DNA of 64,000 nt, taken from Candidatus Omnitrophota bacterium (lineage in GTDB: Bacteria > Omnitrophota > Gorgyraeia > B26-G9). Positions 49,048-58,181 of this stretch are shown here, in pieces; the first letter of the stretch is position 1; every line of letters starts with the position of its first letter. The DNA is taken from positions 21,660 through 85,659 of the forward strand of contig JBDRPX010000030.1 in the NCBI GenBank assembly GCA_043826565.1, in the 5' to 3' direction. The notes under the pieces were generated by a model. The model was not told where the DNA came from. It searched no databases and saw only the letters and a list, made by a program, of their open reading frames with translations. The translations under genes and the position numbers were made by a program.

Positions 49048-49139
49048 TTTTGGACTATTTATAACTAAGGTAAGATATCCGAATCATTACCTAGACTTAT
49101 GCCGATATTAAAAAATCACCTCTTTATATTATTATAACC

Positions 49140-50327
49140 TTAAAGCATTAAAGAAGCTTTAACAAAAAATTTGTGATCCACGTAATCAAATGCCGCAAAA
49201 TCAGAATCTCTTTGTTTATACTCATAGCCTGTTTCTAAAGACAGATCTTCCCACATTTGGTAACGCAAACCAATATTTGCGTTCAGGATATCATCTGTTC
49301 TCTTTTTCGTTAAAGAACCCTCGGTGGTTTCATCCGGATATTTATTAAACTGATAAGATGTTCCGGCAATAAACAGAAGGCGTTCTTTTAATTCGTAATC
49401 CAGATTAAGTCCCGCTTTGTTCATTGCATAATAACTATTGGTGCTATATGAAGATTCTACGGAACTTCTTTCCGCATAAATCTTTAAAGTACTACGTTCT
49501 ATCACATCGTACTTTAAATTTGCATGTAAAGTACCGCTGGCAAAATCCTTTTTCCCCGCCTCATCATAATCCGTAGCCTTATAACCAACTTTTACCAGGC
49601 CGGTTAGCTTAGGGGCGATATCCCCTTTTACCCCTACTCGGAACTGACTATATACTGAATCACTATTGGAAGTCGCAACATCATAATCTAATGTGCCGTA
49701 ATTATATTCACAAAGCACAGCTGTTTTCGAGAAAAGCTGATAATAAGCGCTCAGAGTAGTAATATGTTCAAATTTATCTAAACTATCAAGATTCTTATAA
49801 TCATCTCTTATATTCCTGTACCTCAAATCTACTTTTATTGACTCCCTTTCATACCCAATGACCGCACCCGCTGAATTACGCATACGATTTTCCTGTGAAG
49901 TCAATTCTGTATTAGGAGGATCCGCGGTTGTCTGGAAATCCTCATCAAGTTTAAATGAGAAATCATTGGCAAAATTTAAATCTACCTCTGCCCCGGCAGC
50001 CTGCTCTGCCCTATTTAATGCTGTTTCATCATGAAAAGCAAGTAGGTCTGCTTTATAACGGAGCTTTAGCAAAAAATCATCTTCACGGCCCGCAACCAAC
50101 GGCATGTTCGCAGAACAGCCAAGAGATGTAGTTGTAATCCAATCCTGGTTTTCCAGGTTTTCCGGCTCCAGATAAATATTGCTATCATATTTTTCTTCTA
50201 AGGACACAAACGGGTTGATTTCCAGTCTTCCGACGTGAATATTCCCCTTTGCAAATGCCAATATATTCATACCAAAAATTATGGCAATCATCCCCCCTAA
50301 ACAAATCAGCAGTTTTGCTTTTTTCAT
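49140..50327 (-). CDS. Uncharacterised outer-membrane beta-barrel protein at the distal end of the polysaccharide export gene cluster
   Basis: Signal peptide (MKKAKLLICLGGMIAIIFGMNILAFA), then 395 aa with alternating amphipathic beta-strand-like segments. No known motif. Confidence 0.35.
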   Translation of the reverse strand: MKKAKLLICLGGMIAIIFGMNILAFAKGNIHVGRLEINPFVSLEEKYDSNIYLEPENLENQDWITTTSLGCSANMPLVAGREDDFLLKLRYKADLLAFHDETALNRAEQAAGAEVDLNFANDFSFKLDEDFQTTADPPNTELTSQENRMRNSAGAVIGYERESIKVDLRYRNIRDDYKNLDSLDKFEHITTLSAYYQLFSKTAVLCEYNYGTLDYDVATSNSDSVYSQFRVGVKGDIAPKLTGLVKVGYKATDYDEAGKKDFASGTLHANLKYDVIERSTLKIYAERSSVESSYSTNSYYAMNKAGLNLDYELKERLLFIAGTSYQFNKYPDETTEGSLTKKRTDDILNANIGLRYQMWEDLSLETGYEYKQRDSDFAAFDYVDHKFFVKASLML

Positions 50328-50393
50328 AATTACCCCCTATTAAGAATTTCGCTTTTATTTATTATAACATAATTTTTTTATTTCAAACTATGT

Positions 50394-51155
50394 TTACCGT
50401 GTATGTGGACTAGTTTCCGGAATTTCCGGCTCCGGAGGCTCATCATCAGGAACAAACCCCGCAGCTTCCGGCTCTTCATCAAAAGTCTGAATCGTTCCAG
50501 AATCTGAACTTGTAAATTTAAGAGAAACTGCTTTAGCTAATCTTATAACTTCTCCATCCAGGGCAACAACTTGTATCTCTCCGCGAAGAGAAACAATTTC
50601 TACTTTTCTTGTTTTCGCGTTTACCTTAATTTTTGCAACCGCATCCTGAGGAATCACTGCTTTAACTCCTACGGTAACCACCTCTACTATCCCAGAGATA
50701 CTACTTAATTCTACCACACCAGTCTTATTATTAAAATTAATTCTTACAACTTCTCCTTTTTTTAAATACGTAGTTGAATTCCCGCTGATAACAGTTACCT
50801 TTTCATTAACAACCTTAAAGCTAGCACCGGCAACCCCTTCTTTAATCGACGCGATTAAACGCTCTCCCTCCAGCACTGTCGCCACAGAATCTGCGGCCAC
50901 AACTTGAATAAAACCTTCGGTTGAGGTAATGTCAACCGCACCTTCGAGTAACTCAACAATAGACCCGGAAGCTATCCTTGGTAATGTGTCTGATTCTTCT
51001 ACCTTCATAATGCTGCCATCAGGGGCTGTAATCGTAACCTTACCACTCCTATACATTATTGCAGATTGCACTAATACCGGAAATAAAAGAAATCCAAGTA
51101 TCATTGCTAACCTCACCCTAAAACACTTACTATTGTTTTTGGTTACAATAAACAT
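50394..51155 (-). CDS. Secreted beta-rich protein, paralogue 1 of 2, with an acidic/proline C-terminal tail EPPEPEIPETSP
   Basis: Signal peptide, then a conserved QSAIMYRSGKVTITAPDG start. Roughly half its residues are identical to the 51910..52671 paralogue along the full length. Confidence 0.4.
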   Translation of the reverse strand: MFIVTKNNSKCFRVRLAMILGFLLFPVLVQSAIMYRSGKVTITAPDGSIMKVEESDTLPRIASGSIVELLEGAVDITSTEGFIQVVAADSVATVLEGERLIASIKEGVAGASFKVVNEKVTVISGNSTTYLKKGEVVRINFNNKTGVVELSSISGIVEVVTVGVKAVIPQDAVAKIKVNAKTRKVEIVSLRGEIQVVALDGEVIRLAKAVSLKFTSSDSGTIQTFDEEPEAAGFVPDDEPPEPEIPETSPHTR

Positions 51156-51456
51156 TTTTTACCCCTTTCGCCTTAAATACGAAAATCTGTTTAAAGTTGC
51201 TACAATCAATATAACTTGCAAAAGATATTTTAAAAAGTAATCATTATAACTCATATTTATATAATAATATAGCACTCAATCATATTGTCAAGTGTTTTTA
51301 CATGATATTAGTTAAATATGCCACAATATCATATTAATCGCCTGGCAATGCTTCTTATTTTATATTATTCTATGCATTCTCAGCGCACGCTTCAAATGCT
51401 GGATAATAAAAAAGGAGCCATTTCTGGCTCCCTTATAAATTATACAGCTTTAAATT

Positions 51457-51873
51457 CTATTCTTCTTTTAAAATTTCAAGTGCCCTGTAATTATTGGACG
51501 TTGACAAAACTATCTTTGCCGGGCATCCCTGTGAACAATTAGTTCCGTAAATATATACGATATTAATATCATTTTGCGCTAAACGCTCTGATATATTTTT
51601 TAAAGCACCGGGCCTGTTTTCAACTCCTACAATTATAACATCATTTTCCCGGATCGCTTCATACCCATAATCACTCAAAGCATCAATCGCCGCGAGATTA
51701 TTACTGGTTACAAACATAAGCCCGGCTTCTTCTCCCATACTTCTGGCATATCCGGCAACTGCCTCAAGATTAATCCCGTGGTTAACCAAAAATGAGGTAA
51801 TCTTTGCCAATGCTCCCACCTCATTAACAACTGTAACACAAATCTCTTTCCCAATCACTACTTCCTGAATCAC
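51457..51873 (-). CDS. Tandem ACT-domain protein
   Basis: 138 aa with two ~65-aa ACT-like repeats (VVNEVGALAKITSFLVNHGINLEAV / VENRPGALKNISERLAQNDINIVYI). Confidence 0.5.
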   Translation of the reverse strand: MIQEVVIGKEICVTVVNEVGALAKITSFLVNHGINLEAVAGYARSMGEEAGLMFVTSNNLAAIDALSDYGYEAIRENDVIIVGVENRPGALKNISERLAQNDINIVYIYGTNCSQGCPAKIVLSTSNNYRALEILKEE

Positions 51874-51909
51874 TCAATACCTCCTTGTTGTTGTAATTAC
51901 ATCCAATTT

Positions 51910-52671
51910 TTAAGGCTGATACGGACTCGTTTCCGGAACTTCGGGCTCTGTGGGTTCATCTTCCAAAGGAATCTCACCTGTATCTACCTCATCCTCTTGG
52001 GGCACATCCTTTAAAGTATCATCTCCATCAATATCTGTAGCTTTATCCTCATCAACCTTAATTATGTTACCCGCTGAAGATATAACCTGAATTACTCCGG
52101 ATACCGAAGAAATCTTTACTTTCCTTGTCTTTGCATCTACTTTGATTTTTGCTACACCGTTTTTAGGCACCAAAGCCTGTACACCGCCAGTAGTAGTTGA
52201 GATTACTCCATCAATACTCTTTACCTGAACCGTACCATCCCCTTTATTATAGGTTATCCGGGCAATCTGTCCGGCTTGTATTGTTGTAGCTGTATTTCCG
52301 GACACAACAGTAACGGCATCAGTAATAACTTTAAAACTTACTCCTTTTTCCTTGCCTTTTGCAGATGCAATTAACCGCCCCCCGGGTTTAACCGTAGCTA
52401 AAGATCCTTCGGCAAGAATCTGAACAAATCCATCAATGCCGGTAACATCAATTGCTCCACTAATAATTTCGATTGTAACACCTGAGACTATTTGCGGCAT
52501 GGGATCTTTTTTCCCAACTACTAAAACTGTCCCGTCAGGCATAGTTACTTTTATTTTTCCGCTACGATACACAATAGCAGATTGCGCCCAAACAACATCC
52601 CCCACCAATAAAACTATTAATGCCAAAGATACTACTACCTGTGCTGATTTCCTTAAATACCTATTAAGCAT
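51910..52671 (-). CDS. Secreted beta-rich protein, paralogue 2 of 2 (C-terminal tail EPTEPEVPETSP)
   Basis: Paralogue of 50394..51155, with conserved blocks QSAIVYRSGKIKVTMPDG, RLIASAKG, SFKVITDAVTVVSGN, VAKIKVDAKTRKV. Confidence 0.4.
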   Translation of the reverse strand: MLNRYLRKSAQVVVSLALIVLLVGDVVWAQSAIVYRSGKIKVTMPDGTVLVVGKKDPMPQIVSGVTIEIISGAIDVTGIDGFVQILAEGSLATVKPGGRLIASAKGKEKGVSFKVITDAVTVVSGNTATTIQAGQIARITYNKGDGTVQVKSIDGVISTTTGGVQALVPKNGVAKIKVDAKTRKVKISSVSGVIQVISSAGNIIKVDEDKATDIDGDDTLKDVPQEDEVDTGEIPLEDEPTEPEVPETSPYQP

Positions 52672-52763
52672 TGATCCCCCTTTTTTATATAACGCTAATA
52701 ACGCTAAGAATAATAATACTGCTAATCTTTACTGTTTTCAAGAAAAAACAAAATAGAGTCTTT

Positions 52764-53915
52764 TTACTCCACCCGCAGCTGCGCCAGGCACTCAATATGG
52801 GCAGTCCGGCAAAACATATCAAAGATCTTGAACCTATTTAAAACCCAATTGCCGGATGTGGCCAGAATTTTTATATCCCGGGCCATTTTAGCCGGATCAC
52901 AGGATATATAATAAATCGTAGTAATATCCTTATTTGCCCCCAGCCAAGCCAGGAACTGTTTATCCAGGCCGTCACGCGGAGGGTCCAATAGCAATATATT
53001 GCTCTGGGCTTTGCTTTTATTAAAAACATCCGCAAATGATTTTTCTACATCACCCTTAAAAAATCCATACCCTTTCAATCCGTATTTTTTTACTGTCTTT
53101 TTCGCGCACTCAATAGACAACCCTTCATAATCTATGCCGACTTTTAATAAATATTCCGGCAGCAAAAACGAGAAAAATCCCGCGCCGCAGTAAACATCAA
53201 AAAACACCGCATCTTTACTTGCCTCAGATAACCACTGATTTAATTCCTCAATAATTTTTAGCGATATATAGCGGTTGCACTGTGAAAATATCCGCGGAGA
53301 AGAAAACATCTCTTTACTATTATAGTTATCCGTAAAAAACTTATCTGTTGTTTTATCTGAACGCCAGACATTCCCCTGATGGTCTTCTTTTAAGGTTACC
53401 CGGTCTTTTTGCGCGTCATTAGACAGCTCCGGTAATATTTTATTTATTGCTTTTGAAGCTATAGAACACTCCTGTATAGGAACAACCTCATTCGAGTTAT
53501 CCCGGCAAAAACCATACCCCTCGGAACTTTTATGCAGAGTAATACTACTGCGGTAATTATAGCAGTCTCCGGAAGCAACAATTTCACTTTTAAAATCCCG
53601 CAGGCCGCCGATTCTCTGCATCAGCTCTTCTACCTGCTTCTTTTTATAAACAAGCTCTTTTTCATAACTAAGATGCTGATATTGACAGCCTCCGCAAATA
53701 CCATAATATCTGCAAACCGGCGCAGTCCGGTCCGGAGAAGCTTTTCGCAAATCGGCAATTGAACCTTTAATATAGCTTGAGGTTTCTTTATCAACCGTAA
53801 AAATAACTTCTTCTCCGGGCAAAGCAAAGTTTACGAAACATATTTTTCCGTCAACCCGGCCCACTCCGGCGCCGCCAAAAGCCAAATCATATATAGTCGT
53901 TGTATATTTCTTCAT
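52764..53915 (-). CDS. 23S rRNA (uracil-C5)-methyltransferase, RlmD/RumA family (TRAM + Fe-S + SAM methyltransferase)
   Basis: N-terminal TRAM-like domain, a Cys cluster CRYYGICGGCQYQH, a class I methyltransferase fold, and the LLDPPRDG motif. Confidence 0.75.
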   Translation of the reverse strand: MKKYTTTIYDLAFGGAGVGRVDGKICFVNFALPGEEVIFTVDKETSSYIKGSIADLRKASPDRTAPVCRYYGICGGCQYQHLSYEKELVYKKKQVEELMQRIGGLRDFKSEIVASGDCYNYRSSITLHKSSEGYGFCRDNSNEVVPIQECSIASKAINKILPELSNDAQKDRVTLKEDHQGNVWRSDKTTDKFFTDNYNSKEMFSSPRIFSQCNRYISLKIIEELNQWLSEASKDAVFFDVYCGAGFFSFLLPEYLLKVGIDYEGLSIECAKKTVKKYGLKGYGFFKGDVEKSFADVFNKSKAQSNILLLDPPRDGLDKQFLAWLGANKDITTIYYISCDPAKMARDIKILATSGNWVLNRFKIFDMFCRTAHIECLAQLRVE

Positions 53916-53968
53916 CGCCCCACTATACTAACATCAAAAAACCTTAACCACAAATAAAAAAGCCCTTT

Positions 53969-55630
53969 CTATTTATCGATCATTTCATGATTTGCCGCAC
54001 CCGGCGGAACCATGGGTATTACGTTTTCTGCATAATGTATCGGGGCATTGACAATACAGCTTCCCGGCAAACATAAGGCCTCGGCTAAAACATCAATCGG
54101 CTCATTTGCTTTGCCCAAATCATAACCGCGCAGACCAAATCCTTTGGCGATCGCGATAAAATCCGGTTTTGCTTCAAAGCGTGAAGCAATATAATTTTTC
54201 TCATAGAAAAATTCCTGCTGTTGGCGCACCAGCCCTAAATGCTCATTGTTCATAATAATAACCGTAATATTTGAGTTTAGTTCCGCTAAAGTAGCCAGCT
54301 CCTGAATGTTCATCAGAAAAGATCCGTCTCCGCTAATACAAATGATACGTTTATCCGGATTTGCCAAGGCCGCGCCAATCGCTGTTGGCAGGCCAAAGCC
54401 CATTGTCCCCAGGCCTCCGGACGTTAACAAAATCCGGGGAGACGGAAACGGATACGCCTGCGCTACCCACATCTGATGCTGTCCTACATCTGTGGTAATA
54501 ATTGTGTCCCGGGCAACCAGGTTAGCCACACTCCTGATCAAATTAAGCGGATGTAGGGGGTCCTTACTCTGCCCTAAAGCCTGGGGATGTTCCTGTTTTA
54601 TCTGCTCAATGTAAGCTATCCATTCTTGGCGGTCATCTTGCCGTATAGCTTGGTTAAGTTCCCTTAACGCATCTTTTATATCTGCAATCAGGGAAATATC
54701 CGCTTTTTTTATCTTATCGATTTCCGAAGGATCAATATCAATATGAATAATTTTAGCCTGCGGACAAAACTTTTTAACATTACCTGTAGCCCGGTCATCA
54801 AAACGCACTCCAAAAGCCAGCAATAAATCCGCTTCACGCAAAATTAAATTCGTATGTTTTGCTCCATGCATACCCAACATTCCCAGATAAAGCTCATCCT
54901 CCGGAGGAAAACATCCCAAACCCATTAAAGTTACGGCAACCGCAATAGAATTCCTTTTAGCAAATTTATAGAGAAATTCATGAGCCTGCGCTTGTGCAAT
55001 ACCGCCGCCGATATAAAGCACCGGGCGCTTTGCCGCATGGATCATATCCGTGATTTTCCTTATCCCTGATATATCAATCTCAGCAGTGTTGATATCCTGA
55101 GAATATTCCGGCCATTGGTCAAACTCAATGATCTCCCTTTGCACATCTTTAGGGACATCAATCAAAACTGGGCCGGGCCGGCCGGATTCGGCAATACTAA
55201 AAGCCTGCGGAATTATTTTAAGCAATTCTTTTGCGCAGCGCGCCATAAAATTATGCTTGGTTATTGAGCGGGATATGCCGCAGGTATCAACTTCCTGAAA
55301 AGCATCGGTTCCGATCACCGCACGGGGAACTTGTCCGGTAATCGCGATGATCGGAACTGAATCTGCTTTTGCATCCGCTATGGCAGTGATCAAATTAGTC
55401 GCGCCCGGGCCGGAAGTCGCAAAACATATTGCGGCTTTTCCCGTAGTGCGCGCGATCCCCTGCGCGATAAATCCCGCACCCTGTTCATGCCGGGCCAGGA
55501 TATGCCGGATACTGCTTTTAGACAAAGCATCATATAAGGGTAAATTCGCTCCGCCGGGAATCCCGGCGATAATTTTAATCCCATAGCGTTCCAGCAGTTT
55601 AATAATAATTTCCGCACCTGAATATTTCAT
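53969..55630 (-). CDS. ilvB: Acetolactate synthase large subunit (biosynthetic, TPP-dependent)
   Basis: MKYSGAEIIIKLLERYGIKIIAGIPGGANLPLYDAL...HEQGAGFIAQGIAR..GPGATNL and a TPP-binding GDGSFLMNIQELATL motif. RBS AAAGGAG lies 8 nt upstream of the ATG. Confidence 0.85.
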   Translation of the reverse strand: MKYSGAEIIIKLLERYGIKIIAGIPGGANLPLYDALSKSSIRHILARHEQGAGFIAQGIARTTGKAAICFATSGPGATNLITAIADAKADSVPIIAITGQVPRAVIGTDAFQEVDTCGISRSITKHNFMARCAKELLKIIPQAFSIAESGRPGPVLIDVPKDVQREIIEFDQWPEYSQDINTAEIDISGIRKITDMIHAAKRPVLYIGGGIAQAQAHEFLYKFAKRNSIAVAVTLMGLGCFPPEDELYLGMLGMHGAKHTNLILREADLLLAFGVRFDDRATGNVKKFCPQAKIIHIDIDPSEIDKIKKADISLIADIKDALRELNQAIRQDDRQEWIAYIEQIKQEHPQALGQSKDPLHPLNLIRSVANLVARDTIITTDVGQHQMWVAQAYPFPSPRILLTSGGLGTMGFGLPTAIGAALANPDKRIICISGDGSFLMNIQELATLAELNSNITVIIMNNEHLGLVRQQQEFFYEKNYIASRFEAKPDFIAIAKGFGLRGYDLGKANEPIDVLAEALCLPGSCIVNAPIHYAENVIPMVPPGAANHEMIDK

Positions 55631-55660
55631 AATTTAACTCCTTTCTTTAATCCTATTAGA

Positions 55661-55698
55661 TATAAAAAAACCTCTGTCGGCTCTCACCGGCAGAGGTT
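55661..55698 (-). terminator. Rho-independent terminator 2, the promoter-distal attenuator hairpin, 30 nt upstream of the ilvB RBS
   Basis: Minus strand: ACCTCTGCCGGTGAGAGCCGACAGAGGT followed by TTTTTTTATA. Confidence 0.6.
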
Positions 55699-55741
55699 AA
55701 TAAAAACAATAAAGCCCCTGCCGATTCCCACCGGCAGGGGC
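55699..55741 (-). terminator. Rho-independent terminator 1 (attenuator), directly downstream of the leader peptide ORF
   Basis: Minus strand: AGCCCCTGCCGG-tgggaat-CGGCAGGGGCT (11-bp stem) followed by TTATTGTTTTTATT. The 5' arm CCCCTGCC can alternatively pair with GGCAGG...CCGTAGGGG inside the leader ORF (antiterminator). Confidence 0.6.
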
Positions 55742-55758
55742 TTGAATTAGTACACTTA

Positions 55759-55866
55759 TTAGTACATAGGCATACCCCTACGGCAAGAACCTGCCACGAC
55801 GACAAGTACTAATAAGACAGCAATATTATTGAATTCCCTGATCTTTTGCTTCATTATTCTCACCAT
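55759..55866 (-). CDS. ilvB leader peptide rich in branched-chain residues: MVRIMKQKIREFNNIAVLLVLVVVAGSCRRGMPMY
   Basis: Small minus-strand ORF (35 codons from ATG 55866, or 31 from ATG 55854 with a GGTGAG SD-like sequence). It has 11 consecutive I/A/V/L codons and ends 18 nt before terminator 1, the classic ilv attenuator layout. Confidence 0.5.
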   Translation of the reverse strand: MVRIMKQKIREFNNIAVLLVLVVVAGSCRRGMPMY

Positions 55867-55949
55867 AAGGTTATTGTTAACTCCTATTTGTTAGAAGTAT
55901 ATCATGAACTTTTTAAATTCGCAAGTTTTTGCATTATTTTATTATCAAA

Positions 55950-58181
55950 TTAATAAAACGTCTGTCCTAGGAACAGATATATTCGGCCGTCCGTACTTCC
56001 CTCGGCCCGGCCATAACCAAAATACAGCGGCCCCAAGAGAGTTTTCATTCCCACAAACACTGTGCCGTTCAAACGCATATCATCCAGATCAATATCACCG
56101 CGCCTGTTCCAGACATCACCGTATTCTACAGCCGCGCCCAGATGAATATTGCTGGCGATCCCGGCATCATCATCACCCAAGGTATAATAATATATCACCC
56201 GGCCCAAGCCGCGGTGCATGCCGCGAAGCTGTTTTTCTCCGTATCCGGAAAGCGATAAAAATCCGCCTAAAGTGAACTGATCATAAAACGGAGTATCTTC
56301 ATCAACACTTGTCCCTGCTTCACCGGCAATTACTAATGTATGCTTGTTAGATAAAGTTCTGGCCCGGGTAAATCCCAATTCCATTTTTTCATAATTAAAA
56401 TCCGCGCCTACTTTTTTATCGGAAACATAAAGCACTGCTTTTGCCTGGGATCCATGTTTAGGAAAAATATGGCTGTCAAACTGGTCATAAAGTATCTGCG
56501 CGGTAAACGCTCCTTCCTGAATACTCTCAAATTCCGGCAAAGCCATACCGCCGACTTCCGGCTCGGCTTCAATACTGCCGCGCTTAACTCCGATTTTAAA
56601 CTGAGTATATGAACAGAAATTCATGCCCAGGTTTATACCCGCGGAATTATGGTCTACGCGATATTCGGCAATGCGGTGGTCCTCCTGATAGATATCATAT
56701 AAATACCTCTGGATAGAAAAATTCGGAGCAATAAAAAACCGGTTGCAGACATCTAAGGGCTGGTGAAATTCCGAATCTATTCCGGTATTCGCGCCAAACC
56801 CAAAAGTATTTCGCCACTCTCCGCCTAAAGAATTAATCTGGGTCATCCGGAAATCCGCAAGTAAGGTATATTCACTATTACCCGTAGAATCGCTATTCAG
56901 ATTAAGGCCAAAACGCAGATAATTAGGTCCCCACTCTTTTTCCTTAGTTTTTACATATAAGCCGCGCTGGCCGTCTTTTTCTATAACATCATAATCAATT
57001 TTTTCAAAATCACCCATGGCGTAAATCCGGTTAAGATCTTTTTCCCATTTTCTCATATCCAGAGAGTCCCCGGGGTGAGTAGCTATCCTGGCCTTGACAG
57101 TTTCCGGGCTTAGTTTTTTGGGTTTAGAAACCTCAACAAATCCCACAATCATCGGATCCGAATCAGCCGGGCGCAGGCGGGAAAGATATTCTTTATACTC
57201 TTTTTCGCTGATACTGTATTTAGCAAAACTATCCGCGATTTTTCGCGCGGCTTGTTCTCCGGCAGTTACTGCTTCCGGGGTCTTATTAAAACTCCCGACG
57301 GCAATACCCCCTACTTGCGGTTTTACAATAATATCATCTTTATCCAGTAAAGCCAATTGGCGCTTGGCATCATCACTTCCCAGAATATCCAGGGCCTGCA
57401 TCATGATCGCCACGGCTGACTGCAGATTTTCCGGTTTATCCAATGCCGGGCCGACATCCACGGCAATAATAATATCCGCGCCCATTTTTTTGGCCACATC
57501 AACCGGAATATTATTTACCACTCCGCCGTCAACCAAGATCTTTCCGTCAACTTCTATTGGAGAAAATGCTCCGGGAATAGACATGCTCGCGCGCATCGCA
57601 TCGGCGATATTGCCGTGATCAAAAATATAAACCTCTCCGCTGCCGATATTCGTAGCTACCGCGCGAAAAGGGATCGGCAAACAATCAAAGTCCTTTATAT
57701 GCGCGGCATCTTTGGTCAGCCGCTTAAGAAAAAATCCCAGTTTTTGCCCGGCAATAAATCCCCGCGGCAGAATGATCTTACCTTTTCGATAACCGGTTTC
57801 AAAATTCATAAGCCGCTGTTCATCATTTTTGCGGCGAAACGGCAAATAATCATCGGTAGGCTTATCACTAAAAAAACCGTTCCAGTCAATTTCATCAAAT
57901 ATCCGGGCCATCTCTTCCGGAGATTTTCCGGAAACATATAATCCGGCCACGATCGCGCCCATGCTTGTACCCACAATATAATCAATGGGCACACGCTGTT
58001 CTTCTAATACTTTAAGCACGCCCACATGCGCGGCGCCGCGCGCTCCGCCCCCGCCTAAAACTAAAGCGATCTTTGGCCGCGTTATCGGATCCTCTGCCCA
58101 CACCAAAGACGAGCACAAGATAATTCGGCAAAATACCATCACTAAAACCAAAACTGTGTTATATCGATATTTTTTTTTCAT
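55950..58181 (-). CDS. Patatin-like phospholipase fused to POTRA + Omp85-type beta-barrel (type Vd autotransporter, PlpD-like)
   Basis: Signal peptide, the patatin motifs GGGGARGAAHVGVLKVLEE and the nucleophile elbow GTSMGAIV, a DGG catalytic Asp region (LVDGGVVNNIPV), then a ~400-aa C-terminal Omp85/surface-antigen-like region. Confidence 0.6.
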   Translation of the reverse strand: MKKKYRYNTVLVLVMVFCRIILCSSLVWAEDPITRPKIALVLGGGGARGAAHVGVLKVLEEQRVPIDYIVGTSMGAIVAGLYVSGKSPEEMARIFDEIDWNGFFSDKPTDDYLPFRRKNDEQRLMNFETGYRKGKIILPRGFIAGQKLGFFLKRLTKDAAHIKDFDCLPIPFRAVATNIGSGEVYIFDHGNIADAMRASMSIPGAFSPIEVDGKILVDGGVVNNIPVDVAKKMGADIIIAVDVGPALDKPENLQSAVAIMMQALDILGSDDAKRQLALLDKDDIIVKPQVGGIAVGSFNKTPEAVTAGEQAARKIADSFAKYSISEKEYKEYLSRLRPADSDPMIVGFVEVSKPKKLSPETVKARIATHPGDSLDMRKWEKDLNRIYAMGDFEKIDYDVIEKDGQRGLYVKTKEKEWGPNYLRFGLNLNSDSTGNSEYTLLADFRMTQINSLGGEWRNTFGFGANTGIDSEFHQPLDVCNRFFIAPNFSIQRYLYDIYQEDHRIAEYRVDHNSAGINLGMNFCSYTQFKIGVKRGSIEAEPEVGGMALPEFESIQEGAFTAQILYDQFDSHIFPKHGSQAKAVLYVSDKKVGADFNYEKMELGFTRARTLSNKHTLVIAGEAGTSVDEDTPFYDQFTLGGFLSLSGYGEKQLRGMHRGLGRVIYYYTLGDDDAGIASNIHLGAAVEYGDVWNRRGDIDLDDMRLNGTVFVGMKTLLGPLYFGYGRAEGSTDGRIYLFLGQTFY

